Below, piece after piece: positions 38,777-48,219 of a stretch of DNA of 64,000 nucleotides (the first letter of the stretch is position 1; every line of letters begins with the position of its first letter). Source of the stretch: an uncultured virus (IMG/VR IMGVR_UViG_3300024935_000002) (taxonomy: Duplodnaviria; Heunggongvirae; Uroviricota; Caudoviricetes); IMG/VR virus record IMGVR_UViG_3300024935_000002, one strand, 5' to 3'. Made by a program: the position numbers and the translations under genes. Below the pieces are notes generated by a model, which saw only the letters and a list, made by a program, of their open reading frames with translations, was not told the DNA's origin and did no database searches.

Positions 38777-40530
38777 GCGGCTTTGCGCATCGCGCCGTTG
38801 GCCGCCTCGGAGTAGTTGGCTGCCACGATCAGCCGCATGGGCAATGGGCTGACGCTGTTCCCGGCCATCCGCACCTGGGCTGTCTTCGTGAGCTTCTTGC
38901 CGCTGGATGTGCGGTCGATCACGTAGTCAGGCGGGAAGTCCTGGGCGTTGTAAAGCTCGCGCGGGGTGAGCATGCGCAGCGTGATGTCCACGATCACCCA
39001 GGGCTCGCCCTTGAGCCATACCGTCACCAGCGCCAGGCGGTCGTGCGTGGTGATGGTGGTCATGGGGTCGCGCGGGTCTGCCCACTGACCTCCGCTGGCG
39101 TGGTAGCGCATCAGGAAGGCAGCGCAGCGCAGGGCATCCGCCTCGTCCTCCTTGCCCAGCTCGTACTGCACCAGGGCGTGGTGTTCGCCGCCTGCTGATA
39201 CCACCGGCACCGGGTCGCGCGCATCGCGGCCGATGCTGTGCTTGCGCAGCGTGGTGAGGTGGGCCACGGCCAGTTGCTGCTGGCTGCCGCTGGTGGTGAT
39301 GGTCGATACCCCGTTGCGCAGGTCGCGGGCGTGCACGGTGTTATGTCCGCCGTTGGCTTGCACCATGAAGGCGGTTGCCAAGCTCTGGCCGCCGCCGCTG
39401 GCAGTGACCGTGCCCACGGGGCCCTGCACGTCGTTCACCCCGTAGCTGCGGCGCTTGCTGTCGCCGGAGCCTTCGCCGTGGCCAGCCTGCACGAGGTAGG
39501 CAGATGCCACCGCATGCTTGATGCCGCCCGCCACCATCGTGCCGATGGCGGATTGAATGTCCATGGCGCGCGGGGCCTGGCCCTCTGCCTCACCATAGCC
39601 AGTCTGCACCAGCGTGTGGGCCGCGCCTTCCACGATGAACGGGTCTTTGCTCTCCAGCACGAACCGCTTCATGCCGTAGGCAATGCGCCGCATGGTGGCC
39701 TCGGCCAGCTCCTTTTTGCGGCCGAAGATGCTGGTGCCCGGGATGCTCCAGTCGATGCACTCGGCGGCCTGCTTGTACGGCTTCTGCTTGCCTGTGGGGT
39801 TCTTGGCGTGGGTCAGCTCAGGCCACACGATGGGCAGGCCATCGCACCGGGCGATCATGTAGAGCCGGGTGCGCGTGCTGCGGCAGCCCACCTTGGCATT
39901 GCAGATCACCCGCCACTCCACCTTGTAGCCCATGGCCCGTAGGCCCTCCACAAAATGGTTCCAGTTCTTGCCCTTGCGCGTGGGGTCGGGCACCAGGAAT
40001 TGATTGCCCCGTGGAACCACCTCGCCCGGATCGGCCACGCGGTAGGTGGTCTTGCCGTTGGCGCAGGTGATCTTGTCCAGGGTGATGACGCGGCCGGTGG
40101 CGGGGTCGCGCTTTGCCACCAGCGGGGACCACTGCAGCATCTGCTCGACGTTCTCCAGCGTGATGACATCGGGCCGGGTCTTGCCTGCCCAGCGGTGCAC
40201 CATCCAGGCCAGTGAGCGGATCTCCTGGCTGCGCGGCTGGCCGCCCAGGGCCTGGCTGTGGTGGGTGCAGTCCGGTGATGCGTGCAGCAGACCCACGGCC
40301 TCACCGCGCGTGACGGCCAGAGGATCAACCCGGCGAATGTCTTCCCGGTAGTGCCGGGTCTGCGGGTGGTTGATCTCGTGCATGCCAATGGCGTCGGCGT
40401 CGTGGTTGATCGCCACATCGACATGCCGGCCAATGGCCTGTTCGATGCCGGTGCTGGCGCCGCCGCCACCGGCAAAGAGGTCGATCACCAGCTTGGCGGA
40501 AAGCGCCAGGATGAATTGGGGGGTAAGCAT
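38773..40530 (-). CDS. DNA cytosine-5 methyltransferase
   Basis: DLFAGGGG, SPDC, LENV, RTRLY, GNSV motifs. Confidence 0.9.
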   Translation of the reverse strand: MLTPQFILALSAKLVIDLFAGGGGASTGIEQAIGRHVDVAINHDADAIGMHEINHPQTRHYREDIRRVDPLAVTRGEAVGLLHASPDCTHHSQALGGQPRSQEIRSLAWMVHRWAGKTRPDVITLENVEQMLQWSPLVAKRDPATGRVITLDKITCANGKTTYRVADPGEVVPRGNQFLVPDPTRKGKNWNHFVEGLRAMGYKVEWRVICNAKVGCRSTRTRLYMIARCDGLPIVWPELTHAKNPTGKQKPYKQAAECIDWSIPGTSIFGRKKELAEATMRRIAYGMKRFVLESKDPFIVEGAAHTLVQTGYGEAEGQAPRAMDIQSAIGTMVAGGIKHAVASAYLVQAGHGEGSGDSKRRSYGVNDVQGPVGTVTASGGGQSLATAFMVQANGGHNTVHARDLRNGVSTITTSGSQQQLAVAHLTTLRKHSIGRDARDPVPVVSAGGEHHALVQYELGKEDEADALRCAAFLMRYHASGGQWADPRDPMTTITTHDRLALVTVWLKGEPWVIVDITLRMLTPRELYNAQDFPPDYVIDRTSSGKKLTKTAQVRMAGNSVSPLPMRLIVAANYSEAANGAMRKAA

Positions 40531-40589
40531 CGTTGCTCCAGAAACGAAAAACCCCGCATGAGCGGGGCTGTGTTGTGGGGTGGGGCCTG

Positions 40590-40802
40590 TCAGGGCGCGG
40601 GCGTCGGCTGGGCCAGTCGGGTGCGGGCGGCAGCGAGGATGGGCTGATGCGATGGCCAGTGAGGCACTGAGCTACACGAAGCCAGAGCATCGGCCAGGTC
40701 TTTGATGAGTGCCTCATCCTGCTTTCGCTGGTCATTGAGGCCTGAGATCGTGCAGTCGTCGCAACCGAACGAGAGAGGCATCCCGTGTTTACAGACTGCC
40801 AT
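40590..40802 (-). CDS. Hypothetical protein
   Basis: Short ORF in the early operon. Confidence 0.5.
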   Translation of the reverse strand: MAVCKHGMPLSFGCDDCTISGLNDQRKQDEALIKDLADALASCSSVPHWPSHQPILAAARTRLAQPTPAP

Positions 40803-41505
40803 CGCGCGCCCCCTTCCCGCTGTTGGCGGCTTCGATAACGGACTGGGCATGCTTTCGCATTTCTGCGCGCCCCTGTTCGGGCATGTGCTCCCACGGGTAG
40901 TCCATGCACTCGGCCAGCTTCTTGGCGGCTGCAGTTGTCTGCTCAGGTGTCAGCGCCCCCCGTACTGGCGTAGGCTTACTTGGGTGCGCGACAGGCAATG
41001 GCGAATGCTTCGGCTTTGCTGCCTGCTTGGCCCGGATCTTGGCCACCAGCTCGGGCACACTGATGCGCGACAGCTCCACCTCCCCGGCATCGTGCATGTC
41101 CAGACCGTTGGCGAGGCAGAGCGCAGCCAGCGTGACCATCACGCCTCCGACTTCCTGCGGTGGATCGCCAACGGGACGGCCAAACACGTAGTCAACCAGC
41201 TGGTGCGCCTCGCTGGCCGTGCACCCCAGGGCCTGCACCAGTTCCAGAGATTCCTCCAGAAACCGGTGGTTGCGCTCTGTGCGGTCTGCCGCGATCTCGG
41301 CGCCGAAGCACTCCAGCAGCCACGGCTGCACGCGCTGCTGGAAAGTTGCCCCAGCGGACTGTTCGCCCCAGCGAGTGATGGCCGCCTGCATTGCTCGGAA
41401 TATGCGCGGTGTGGTGATGGGCTGGGCTTTCCCGGTGAGTTCGCCATTTGCCTCGCGGTAGATTGCAGCCAACTCCCCGTAGGTCGGTTTTTTGGGGCCG
41501 GTCAT
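40789..41505 (-). CDS. MazG-like nucleotide pyrophosphohydrolase domain protein
   Basis: RFLEESLELVQA...QEVGGVMVTL all-alpha motif. Confidence 0.55.
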   Translation of the reverse strand: MTGPKKPTYGELAAIYREANGELTGKAQPITTPRIFRAMQAAITRWGEQSAGATFQQRVQPWLLECFGAEIAADRTERNHRFLEESLELVQALGCTASEAHQLVDYVFGRPVGDPPQEVGGVMVTLAALCLANGLDMHDAGEVELSRISVPELVAKIRAKQAAKPKHSPLPVAHPSKPTPVRGALTPEQTTAAAKKLAECMDYPWEHMPEQGRAEMRKHAQSVIEAANSGKGARDGSL

Positions 41506-41597
41506 TTGAGACTCCAAAAGATGATTGCAAGAGCCACCAGCCCGCAGATAGGACTGACGATGTACGTGCCGATTGCTTGCACAAGTTCAATGGACAT
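41502..41597 (-). CDS. 31-aa membrane peptide (not in ORF track)
   Basis: MSIELVQAIGTYIVSPICGLVALAIIFWSLK; GAGG RBS; ATGA overlap. Confidence 0.55.
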   Translation of the reverse strand: MSIELVQAIGTYIVSPICGLVALAIIFWSLK

Positions 41598-41620
41598 TGG
41601 TGGTCCTCGTGTTGAGCGGT

Positions 41621-42208
41621 TTATTGATGCTTGAAAAGACGGCTCTGAATCCGTTTGTTCTCGGCCTCGATCATTGGCTTGGCGATGGAACGCATTTCTG
41701 TGGCGTCACGGCAAGCCCACCAGGCAACCATGCATTCCACGGTGTCGTAGTCGGTGGTGGTGATGTCAGAGAACGCATCCCAATCCACTCGGCGGTCAAA
41801 GGACGTGGACACGAAAGCATCAGACTTCGCCAGCATTGCCTCGATGGTGCGGATGCCACCATCGACACCGCGATGGCGCCTGTTTTCCAGCGCCCAGGCC
41901 ATCAGGAAACGCCCTTCGGCGCTGGTCGATGGACTGCTCTGAACGCCGATAGTCAGCATCTGCTCGGCAGCGTGCGTGAAGCCGCTCCCGCAGTTGCATC
42001 CCATGAAAGTCATGAACGACGCGCACACCGAGGCCTCGCGCTGGCCAACACTACTGCCCGTGCTCCAGAGGATGGTGTGCAGGCGGTTTGGATCGGCGGC
42101 CATGTAGTCCTGCCATAGCTGCAGATAGATACCCTCTCCTGGTGTGCCAGCGCGCGGCGGGCGGATCGGTGTGTGCACCAGTTCCAGCAGTTCGCCTTGC
42201 TCGCTCAT
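41621..42208 (-). CDS. Hypothetical protein
   Basis: Coupled ORF. Confidence 0.6.
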   Translation of the reverse strand: MSEQGELLELVHTPIRPPRAGTPGEGIYLQLWQDYMAADPNRLHTILWSTGSSVGQREASVCASFMTFMGCNCGSGFTHAAEQMLTIGVQSSPSTSAEGRFLMAWALENRRHRGVDGGIRTIEAMLAKSDAFVSTSFDRRVDWDAFSDITTTDYDTVECMVAWWACRDATEMRSIAKPMIEAENKRIQSRLFKHQ

Positions 42209-42945
42209 GACGTGCCTCCGGGTTGCGCGGACAGGGCGCGGCGCGCCGATTCCTCGCCCTGCGTCCAGTGCATGCCCATGGCGTTGCTGATCGCGTTGAA
42301 CGCCCGATCCTGCGCCACGCCGCCATGCTGCCGAGTGTCCAGCGCATAGTGGTAGTCGCGGATTGCCTGCTCAATTGCAGTGATTCGCGCATCCACCGCA
42401 TCTGCCGTTGCTGGCTGTGGTGCGGCACGGGCTGCGCGGTCGGCGTCAACGTAGGCGCGCATCTGGGTGTATGTGAAGCCAGAGGAATGCGCAGCGCCAT
42501 CGGACTTTGCATTCACGCGCCATGGCATGCCGAGGTCAGGCTCAGGCAGCGGCGGGTAGTCGCGCTCCCCCTCCTGCCCCGGCTGGGCTGGCGCAGGGGA
42601 TGGGCTGGGCTGGGGTGCTGCGGCGAGCGCGGCTTTCAGGCCAGCACGGCACGCATCGCGCACGGTGTTGGTGTGTAGGGCGCCAATGCTCGGACCACCC
42701 CAATAACGGTCGGCTTCTTCGCATGCGCGCCGCTGGGCCTGCAGGTAGGCTTCCACCATCGCATCGCTAGGCACCCCTGCCTGCGCTGCGCTGAGTGCCT
42801 CGACCTGGGCGTGGAGGCGGCGCAGTTCGTCTGCCGCAACCTTGGAAGTCAGATGGTCAGGTCTTTCTTTGCGCACGAACGGGTCAATAGCATCAGCCAG
42901 TCGCAGCGCTTCCGGCAGTTCTGCCGATACGGTGGTGTTGGTCAT
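42205..42945 (-). CDS. Hypothetical mosaic early protein
   Basis: EALRLAD and YTQMRAY modules common in phage early genes. Confidence 0.6.
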   Translation of the reverse strand: MTNTTVSAELPEALRLADAIDPFVRKERPDHLTSKVAADELRRLHAQVEALSAAQAGVPSDAMVEAYLQAQRRACEEADRYWGGPSIGALHTNTVRDACRAGLKAALAAAPQPSPSPAPAQPGQEGERDYPPLPEPDLGMPWRVNAKSDGAAHSSGFTYTQMRAYVDADRAARAAPQPATADAVDARITAIEQAIRDYHYALDTRQHGGVAQDRAFNAISNAMGMHWTQGEESARRALSAQPGGTS

Positions 42946-42948
42946 GGC

Positions 42949-43254
42949 TCAATCCTTGGAAAAGCGAGACAGAAACATGCTCGCGCTGGTGTCGATGTTG
43001 TTGGTGCGGCAGTAGCGGATCAGGTTGATCGCCAAGCTGTCGAAGTTGGGGGTCGCGCGGGCTGCGTACTGGATGATTCTGAAAGCGAGGCCTGTTTCTG
43101 GCGGTGACGCTTCGGTGCGCCCGATCTGACCAGGCGCCCACTCAGCGACAGCTAAAAACGGCATCCCAAGTTCCTCGCAGCGCTTGCCAAGCGCGAGCAG
43201 GGCCGGGGCGATTTCTTCGTCGTAGGCCTTCTCGTTGTCCTTGAGTTCACCCAT
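42949..43254 (-). CDS. Hypothetical protein
   Basis: GGAG RBS. Confidence 0.55.
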   Translation of the reverse strand: MGELKDNEKAYDEEIAPALLALGKRCEELGMPFLAVAEWAPGQIGRTEASPPETGLAFRIIQYAARATPNFDSLAINLIRYCRTNNIDTSASMFLSRFSKD

Positions 43255-43507
43255 TCCGCTCTCCCTCAGTAGATGAAGCAGGGGGGAGGGGCTTCATGGC
43301 CGAGTCGATTGCCTTTGCAACGCTGTACAGGCACGAATCACACAGATCGAACTTGCGTGTTGCGTCGGCGCAGGCATGACCGTGCATGTCCAGCGCGTGG
43401 GCATTGAGCGTTAGCTTCCCCTCTTGGCGAGAGTTGCCCCGATCCATCGTGACGCCGCAGCGGTCGCAGGTCTTGATGGTTTGCGCTGGAATGGTCTTGG
43501 TACTCAT
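43247..43507 (-). CDS. Zn-finger-like small protein
   Basis: CDRC...DLCDSC. Confidence 0.55.
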   Translation of the reverse strand: MSTKTIPAQTIKTCDRCGVTMDRGNSRQEGKLTLNAHALDMHGHACADATRKFDLCDSCLYSVAKAIDSAMKPLPPASSTEGERNG

Positions 43508-44634
43508 GATTTCTCCAGAGGGCCCAGCGGCCAGGGGTCAACGATTTCGATGATTTCGGACAGCGTGTCGTTGGCATTCGGGCCGTCTGGTGGCAGGTAG
43601 CGCTGCACCGCAGCCAGCACCTTGCACAATGCGGCTTCTGCAATCTGCTCACGCCCCGCTGCTACTGCAGGCTGTTGTGGGGCGGCGAGCGCTGCACGGT
43701 CGCGCCATGCGGCCCAAAGTTGGCGCGTGTTCATTGCCCGTGGGTCGATGTTGCCGCCTTGCTCAGCATCGCTCCGATAGCCCTTCCCATCCCACGTTGC
43801 GCACAGAGCCCAGCAGTGCCCACGCATCCATGCCTCAAAAAGCAGGCGCTCGGCGTCCGTGGCCGGGGCGCCCTTCGCGCCCATGTCGTAGGCCTGCTGC
43901 TCTGTTGGGGCTGCCTGGGTGGAGCATTCGGGGCAGGGTACGCCGCCTTCGTCCGGCTGGTGGTAGCTCGGACCACCGATCATGCCGTTGTCGTTGCAGG
44001 TCGCGCAAACCGCAGAGCCTCCATGCCCGGCACGCATGCGCGCCAGTACGATCCTGGCGTCGTTGATCGCCTGCTTTTGCACCTCTCCGGTACAGCGCTG
44101 CGCCGTATAGAGCAGGGTGTGCAGCAGCTGCAGCTCGGCCCCGGTCGTACCGCCCGCGTTGGCCGCCAGCGACTGCAGGAACGGCAGCAGCTTCGCCTCG
44201 GGCATGGTGCCTGTTTCAATGGTCGGGCCATGGAACTCGCCACCATAGGCAATCCAGAGCGCGCGCACCACGCCCTCGCTGGGCATTGCCCGCGCTGTGC
44301 GGTCTGCGTCGATGGCAGCTTTGGCAATTTCCGCCACTCGCTCACCATCCTCCGCTACTAGGCGGAAGTCATCGCTGCTCATGGTGCCGTGGCTCCACGC
44401 TTGCCAGACGCGCGTGCAGTCGTAGGCATCGCCCAGGGCGGTCGCCACCGCATCGGTGACGTGCTCCGGCAGTTCGTCGGGAGCTGCCCCCAGTTTGATC
44501 ACTGGCCGCGATAGTGCATCGGCCGCCTGCTGCATCAGCGGAATCAGGTCGGCCAGTGGGTAGCTCTTGGCGCGCACCGATGTGCAGGCGTCGCGCAGGC
44601 GCTGGGCCAGATCATGGTTCGTTGTGGTGGTCAT
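43504..44634 (-). CDS. Hypothetical mosaic early protein
   Basis: Coupled ORF with CATC...CPEC. Confidence 0.6.
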   Translation of the reverse strand: MTTTTNHDLAQRLRDACTSVRAKSYPLADLIPLMQQAADALSRPVIKLGAAPDELPEHVTDAVATALGDAYDCTRVWQAWSHGTMSSDDFRLVAEDGERVAEIAKAAIDADRTARAMPSEGVVRALWIAYGGEFHGPTIETGTMPEAKLLPFLQSLAANAGGTTGAELQLLHTLLYTAQRCTGEVQKQAINDARIVLARMRAGHGGSAVCATCNDNGMIGGPSYHQPDEGGVPCPECSTQAAPTEQQAYDMGAKGAPATDAERLLFEAWMRGHCWALCATWDGKGYRSDAEQGGNIDPRAMNTRQLWAAWRDRAALAAPQQPAVAAGREQIAEAALCKVLAAVQRYLPPDGPNANDTLSEIIEIVDPWPLGPLEKS

Positions 44635-45284
44635 CAGAATCCTCTCCGTGTCTGTTCGCGGCCCAAGAAGCTGTAGCCAAGGGCATCGGCAAAGTGACTG
44701 CGTGGTGTGTCGGGGTACATGCGCTGAGTGCGTTCCACGCCCGTCCCGCGCTCGTATTCGGCGGCCAGAATTTCAAGCGCCAGCTTGGCCGTGCGCTCCG
44801 TGGCTTCCATGGCGGCGATCAGGGCGCGCTCACCTGCGATGCGCGACTCGATCACGTCCAGGTACACGTTGCGCTCGGTCTTGGGCTTCACGCGGTCGCG
44901 CTGGGCCTCAAGGCGCCTGATGGACTGGCGTGCTATGGAGGTCTTCATAGCGGCACCGGCGCGGCCGGCCTGCAGCGCTTCGCGCACACCTTCCACAGGG
45001 TCATCCTTGTTGATGTCCACCGCCTCCGCGAACAGTTTGCGGATCAGCTCTCGGGCGCCTTCTTCCTCGGTTGTGGCCTGGCCGTCTTCCCCGGCGTCGT
45101 ACCGTGCGCGCCGGGCGGGGTCGGTCAGAACGTCCTTGGCTGCGTTCAGGGCCTGCATGCGCTCATGGCTTCCGCCACGGTCTGGGTGTGCGTGGCGCGC
45201 GGCGCGGCGGTATGCCCGCTTGATGTCGTCCAAGCTGGCATCAGGTGCCACGCCCAGCGTGGCGTAGTGATCGGGGCGGCTCAT
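44634..45284 (-). CDS. J-domain (DnaJ-like) protein
   Basis: DHYATLGV...IKRAYR...HPDRGG...LTDPARRARYD. Confidence 0.85.
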   Translation of the reverse strand: MSRPDHYATLGVAPDASLDDIKRAYRRAARHAHPDRGGSHERMQALNAAKDVLTDPARRARYDAGEDGQATTEEEGARELIRKLFAEAVDINKDDPVEGVREALQAGRAGAAMKTSIARQSIRRLEAQRDRVKPKTERNVYLDVIESRIAGERALIAAMEATERTAKLALEILAAEYERGTGVERTQRMYPDTPRSHFADALGYSFLGREQTRRGF

Positions 45285-45871
45285 ACCCGCAGCAGGCTCG
45301 CAGCCAATCGGTCGAAGGCGGGGGAGGGTGTCTCGCCCAGCTTCTTCATGATCGTGGACAGCTCGCGCACGAGGATGGCCTGTGGGTCTTTGGGTTCGTG
45401 CCAGAGCGCTGGCTCCTGCACGTTCAGAGTGGTCATCACCAGCTTCATGTCTGCCTCGGTCACAGCGGTACCGACATGCTGCGCGGCCTGCAACGTCAGC
45501 CCTTCCAGGCTGGAGAACGCGGACATTTTTTGGCCTTTGAGCCATTCGCAGGCGCGGTAGAAGGCAACGGGATCGAGCGCGGCTTGGGCGGTGGTTTTGG
45601 TCATGGTGATGGCGTCGGGTTTGGGGGTGGTTCGATTGGTGGTGACGGGCAATGGCAGGGCGTTTTCGCGGGCGAAGCGCTTCATGGCGCTCAGCTCGTT
45701 CAAGTCGCCGCGTGCGTCGCTGCGTGTGCCCATGCTGATGCTGAAAACGCGCTCCGCGCCGTTCTCTGCCAGGCACAGCAGCGTGGCCCGGTTGGCTTTG
45801 CGCTCGTAGCGCACGGGGGAAAGGCCGGCTTGCTCGGCCATGGTGTGGATGTCTCTCTGTCGTCGTTCCAT
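45281..45871 (-). CDS. Hypothetical protein
   Basis: GGAG RBS, coupled. Confidence 0.6.
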   Translation of the reverse strand: MERRQRDIHTMAEQAGLSPVRYERKANRATLLCLAENGAERVFSISMGTRSDARGDLNELSAMKRFARENALPLPVTTNRTTPKPDAITMTKTTAQAALDPVAFYRACEWLKGQKMSAFSSLEGLTLQAAQHVGTAVTEADMKLVMTTLNVQEPALWHEPKDPQAILVRELSTIMKKLGETPSPAFDRLAASLLRV

Positions 45872-45957
45872 GGGTTCTCCAGGCAATCAGGACAGAGCGC
45901 CGCGCGCCCTGTGCTCATGGCCCGGCCTGCCCGCGGGTGGCGGGCGGGGCTTGGGGT

Positions 45958-46764
45958 TTAGGTGTTGGGGGTGCCGTTGAGGATCGGCAGCTTGGTTTCG
46001 TCAGCGATCTGCTTGCGCAGCTCTGCCACGGCGGCCTCGATGGTCTTGTGCGGGCGGATCAGTTCGATCCACATGGTCAGGCGGCCACCGTCTTGAATGC
46101 GGTAGCGCAGGCGCACATTCAGCTGCCACTTGGCGCCGTTTTCAAACACCGGGATGCCGATGATGAATTCCTCGGGCACCTTGAGCTGACCCTTCTGCGC
46201 GGTGCCCTGAACGTCTTCCTCGTAGGTGAACTGGTGCGAGCCGTCCGACAGGCGGATGGCGCTGGCGAAGTTCACCTTCTTCTTGGCTTCCAGGGTGCGG
46301 CAGATTTCCAGCAGGGTGGCGCCGTCCGGGTTCACCACGTCCACCAGGTTGTTTTCGATGAACTGGGCCAGCTCCACCTGGGACTTGTGAACGCCGTTCA
46401 TGCCGTTCCATGCCTTCCACTCGGGCGACAGCGGCGCGTTGTAGCGCGCACGGTGGTCGCCCCAACCGGCTTCGGCGCCGATGTGGTTGAACACGGCGGT
46501 GAAGGTTGGCGGGTCGATGGTGCTGAACAGGCGCGTTCTGCTTTCCGCCTTTTGGTCGTTGACCACGGCGATGAAGCTCTCTGCGTCGTTCAGCGTGGTG
46601 GTGCCCTTTTTGCGGGTCGGCGCTGGGAGCAGGTGAGACAGCTCCTTGAATTCATAGCCCTCGGGCAGGATGAATCCGGGGGTGCCAGCAAACTGGTAGC
46701 CGCCCTGATTGCACGCGGCCAGCTCGTCGCGGGCTTCGGTTTCAGTTTTCTCTTGTTGTCCCAT
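45958..46764 (-). CDS. DUF2303 (YfdQ-like) protein
   Basis: SPEWKAW...FIENN...IPVFENG motifs. Confidence 0.75.
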   Translation of the reverse strand: MGQQEKTETEARDELAACNQGGYQFAGTPGFILPEGYEFKELSHLLPAPTRKKGTTTLNDAESFIAVVNDQKAESRTRLFSTIDPPTFTAVFNHIGAEAGWGDHRARYNAPLSPEWKAWNGMNGVHKSQVELAQFIENNLVDVVNPDGATLLEICRTLEAKKKVNFASAIRLSDGSHQFTYEEDVQGTAQKGQLKVPEEFIIGIPVFENGAKWQLNVRLRYRIQDGGRLTMWIELIRPHKTIEAAVAELRKQIADETKLPILNGTPNT

Positions 46765-46803
46765 GGGTTTTCTCCTGGTTGGAACGGGTTGATGGAATGG
46801 GGA

Positions 46804-47220
46804 TCAGTGGACGGCGCGCAGGGGTTGCGCGTCGTCGGCGGCGGGCGCCGTGCGCAGCTCGGTTCGAGCGGCGGCTTCCTGGTCGGCGGTGCGCAGGCCG
46901 TCCAGCGTGGTTTGGCGGGGGTTCTCGCGCTGCAGGTTGTTGTCAGGCGTGGCGAACATGAGGGTCTTGCCGCGCGTGGGCTGCGGTACTTTGGCCTTCA
47001 CATCGGCCTCCAGCTCCACCTGGCCGGTGGTGCCGATGGGTTTCAGCTTGACTTTGATGGTCAGCTCACCAGCTTTGCCGGTCTGCGTGGCCGCGTGCAC
47101 GATGTCCTGCAGCGCGTCGGTGGCTTCCTGCTCCAGGTTGCCGAAATCCAGCTGCTTGAAGAAGTCGGTGAACGGCTTGCGCTTGGTCTGCAGCGTGGGC
47201 GATTTGAGTGTGGTACTCAT
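46804..47220 (-). CDS. YfdP-like partner of DUF2303
   Basis: TGKAGELTIK...FATPDNNL..ENPRQ. Confidence 0.65.
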   Translation of the reverse strand: MSTTLKSPTLQTKRKPFTDFFKQLDFGNLEQEATDALQDIVHAATQTGKAGELTIKVKLKPIGTTGQVELEADVKAKVPQPTRGKTLMFATPDNNLQRENPRQTTLDGLRTADQEAAARTELRTAPAADDAQPLRAVH

Positions 47221-47287
47221 GGGTCACTCCAAAAAAATGGCCCGCACAGTGGCGGGCCGGTTGCGGGAATGGGGCGGCGGCGAGGGC

Positions 47288-47779
47288 TTACTTGCCTGCC
47301 AGGGTGGCGAAGGTGGACAGCGCGGCGAGAACGGTGTTCTCCACGTAGCGGATGCCGCTCATGGTGGCGGCGGCCTTGGGGAAGGTGTTCACCGGCTGCT
47401 CGCCCAACTTGCGCACGTTGATGATGAAAGCGGCTGCCAGCAGGCGGGTGTGGCCTTCCAGGCTGTCAGGGTCGAAGCCGGGCTTGGCCATGCCCACCAG
47501 CTCGGCCACATCGGGCGGGATCTCGACAGCGGCGCTGACGTGTCGGTGCTCGGTTTCTTCTGCCGCTTCAGCGGCGGCATTCACCTTCTGCTCGCCCGCC
47601 GTGGTCGGGTGGCAGGCGTCGCAGGTGGGGTCATCGCACTTGGCTGACAGCAGTTCCTTGAGGCCAGGGGGAAGACCATCGGCACCAGGGGCGGTGTCGG
47701 GAATGGAGGCGATGATGTCTGCCAGCAGCAGGGCTGCCAGCATGGCGCTCATGGGAGGGCGGGTAGAGGTTGCGGACAT
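47288..47779 (-). CDS. Hypothetical protein
   Basis: AGGAG RBS. Confidence 0.55.
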   Translation of the reverse strand: MSATSTRPPMSAMLAALLLADIIASIPDTAPGADGLPPGLKELLSAKCDDPTCDACHPTTAGEQKVNAAAEAAEETEHRHVSAAVEIPPDVAELVGMAKPGFDPDSLEGHTRLLAAAFIINVRKLGEQPVNTFPKAAATMSGIRYVENTVLAALSTFATLAGK

Positions 47780-47842
47780 TGAGGTTCTCCTTGAGATAGG
47801 CAAAAAAAGACCCGCAGAGGGCGGGCCGGTGGGGTGGTGAGA

Positions 47843-48127
47843 TCAGTGTTTCTTGGCCCGGCTTGCGCGCTGGTCGTCGTAACCAGAGAACAAAGGGTTC
47901 AACTGCTGGCGCAGGTCTATCCGCTCATCCAGGGCTACACCAGCGCAAGCCATTGCAGAGCCAGCGGCATACAGCACGCCGTAGAGAGCGGTGAATACGC
48001 CATGTGCGTCAGAGCACTCGTTCATCAGGTCAATGACCTTGTCAGCCAGATCGCCTGCGCCGCCAGTCTTGATTTCTTTGGTAGCGCGGTGCACACCGGG
48101 CTTGTTCGGGTCAGTCGTGTCGCTCAT
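47843..48127 (-). CDS. Hypothetical protein
   Basis: AGGAG RBS. Confidence 0.55.
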   Translation of the reverse strand: MSDTTDPNKPGVHRATKEIKTGGAGDLADKVIDLMNECSDAHGVFTALYGVLYAAGSAMACAGVALDERIDLRQQLNPLFSGYDDQRASRAKKH

Positions 48128-48219
48128 GGATGCTCCTTGGGGCATGAGAAAGCCCGCACGCGGCGGGCTTTGGTGGTGTTGGGTGCTGGAGTGAAAGGTC
48201 TGGATCGGTCCCGGGATAG

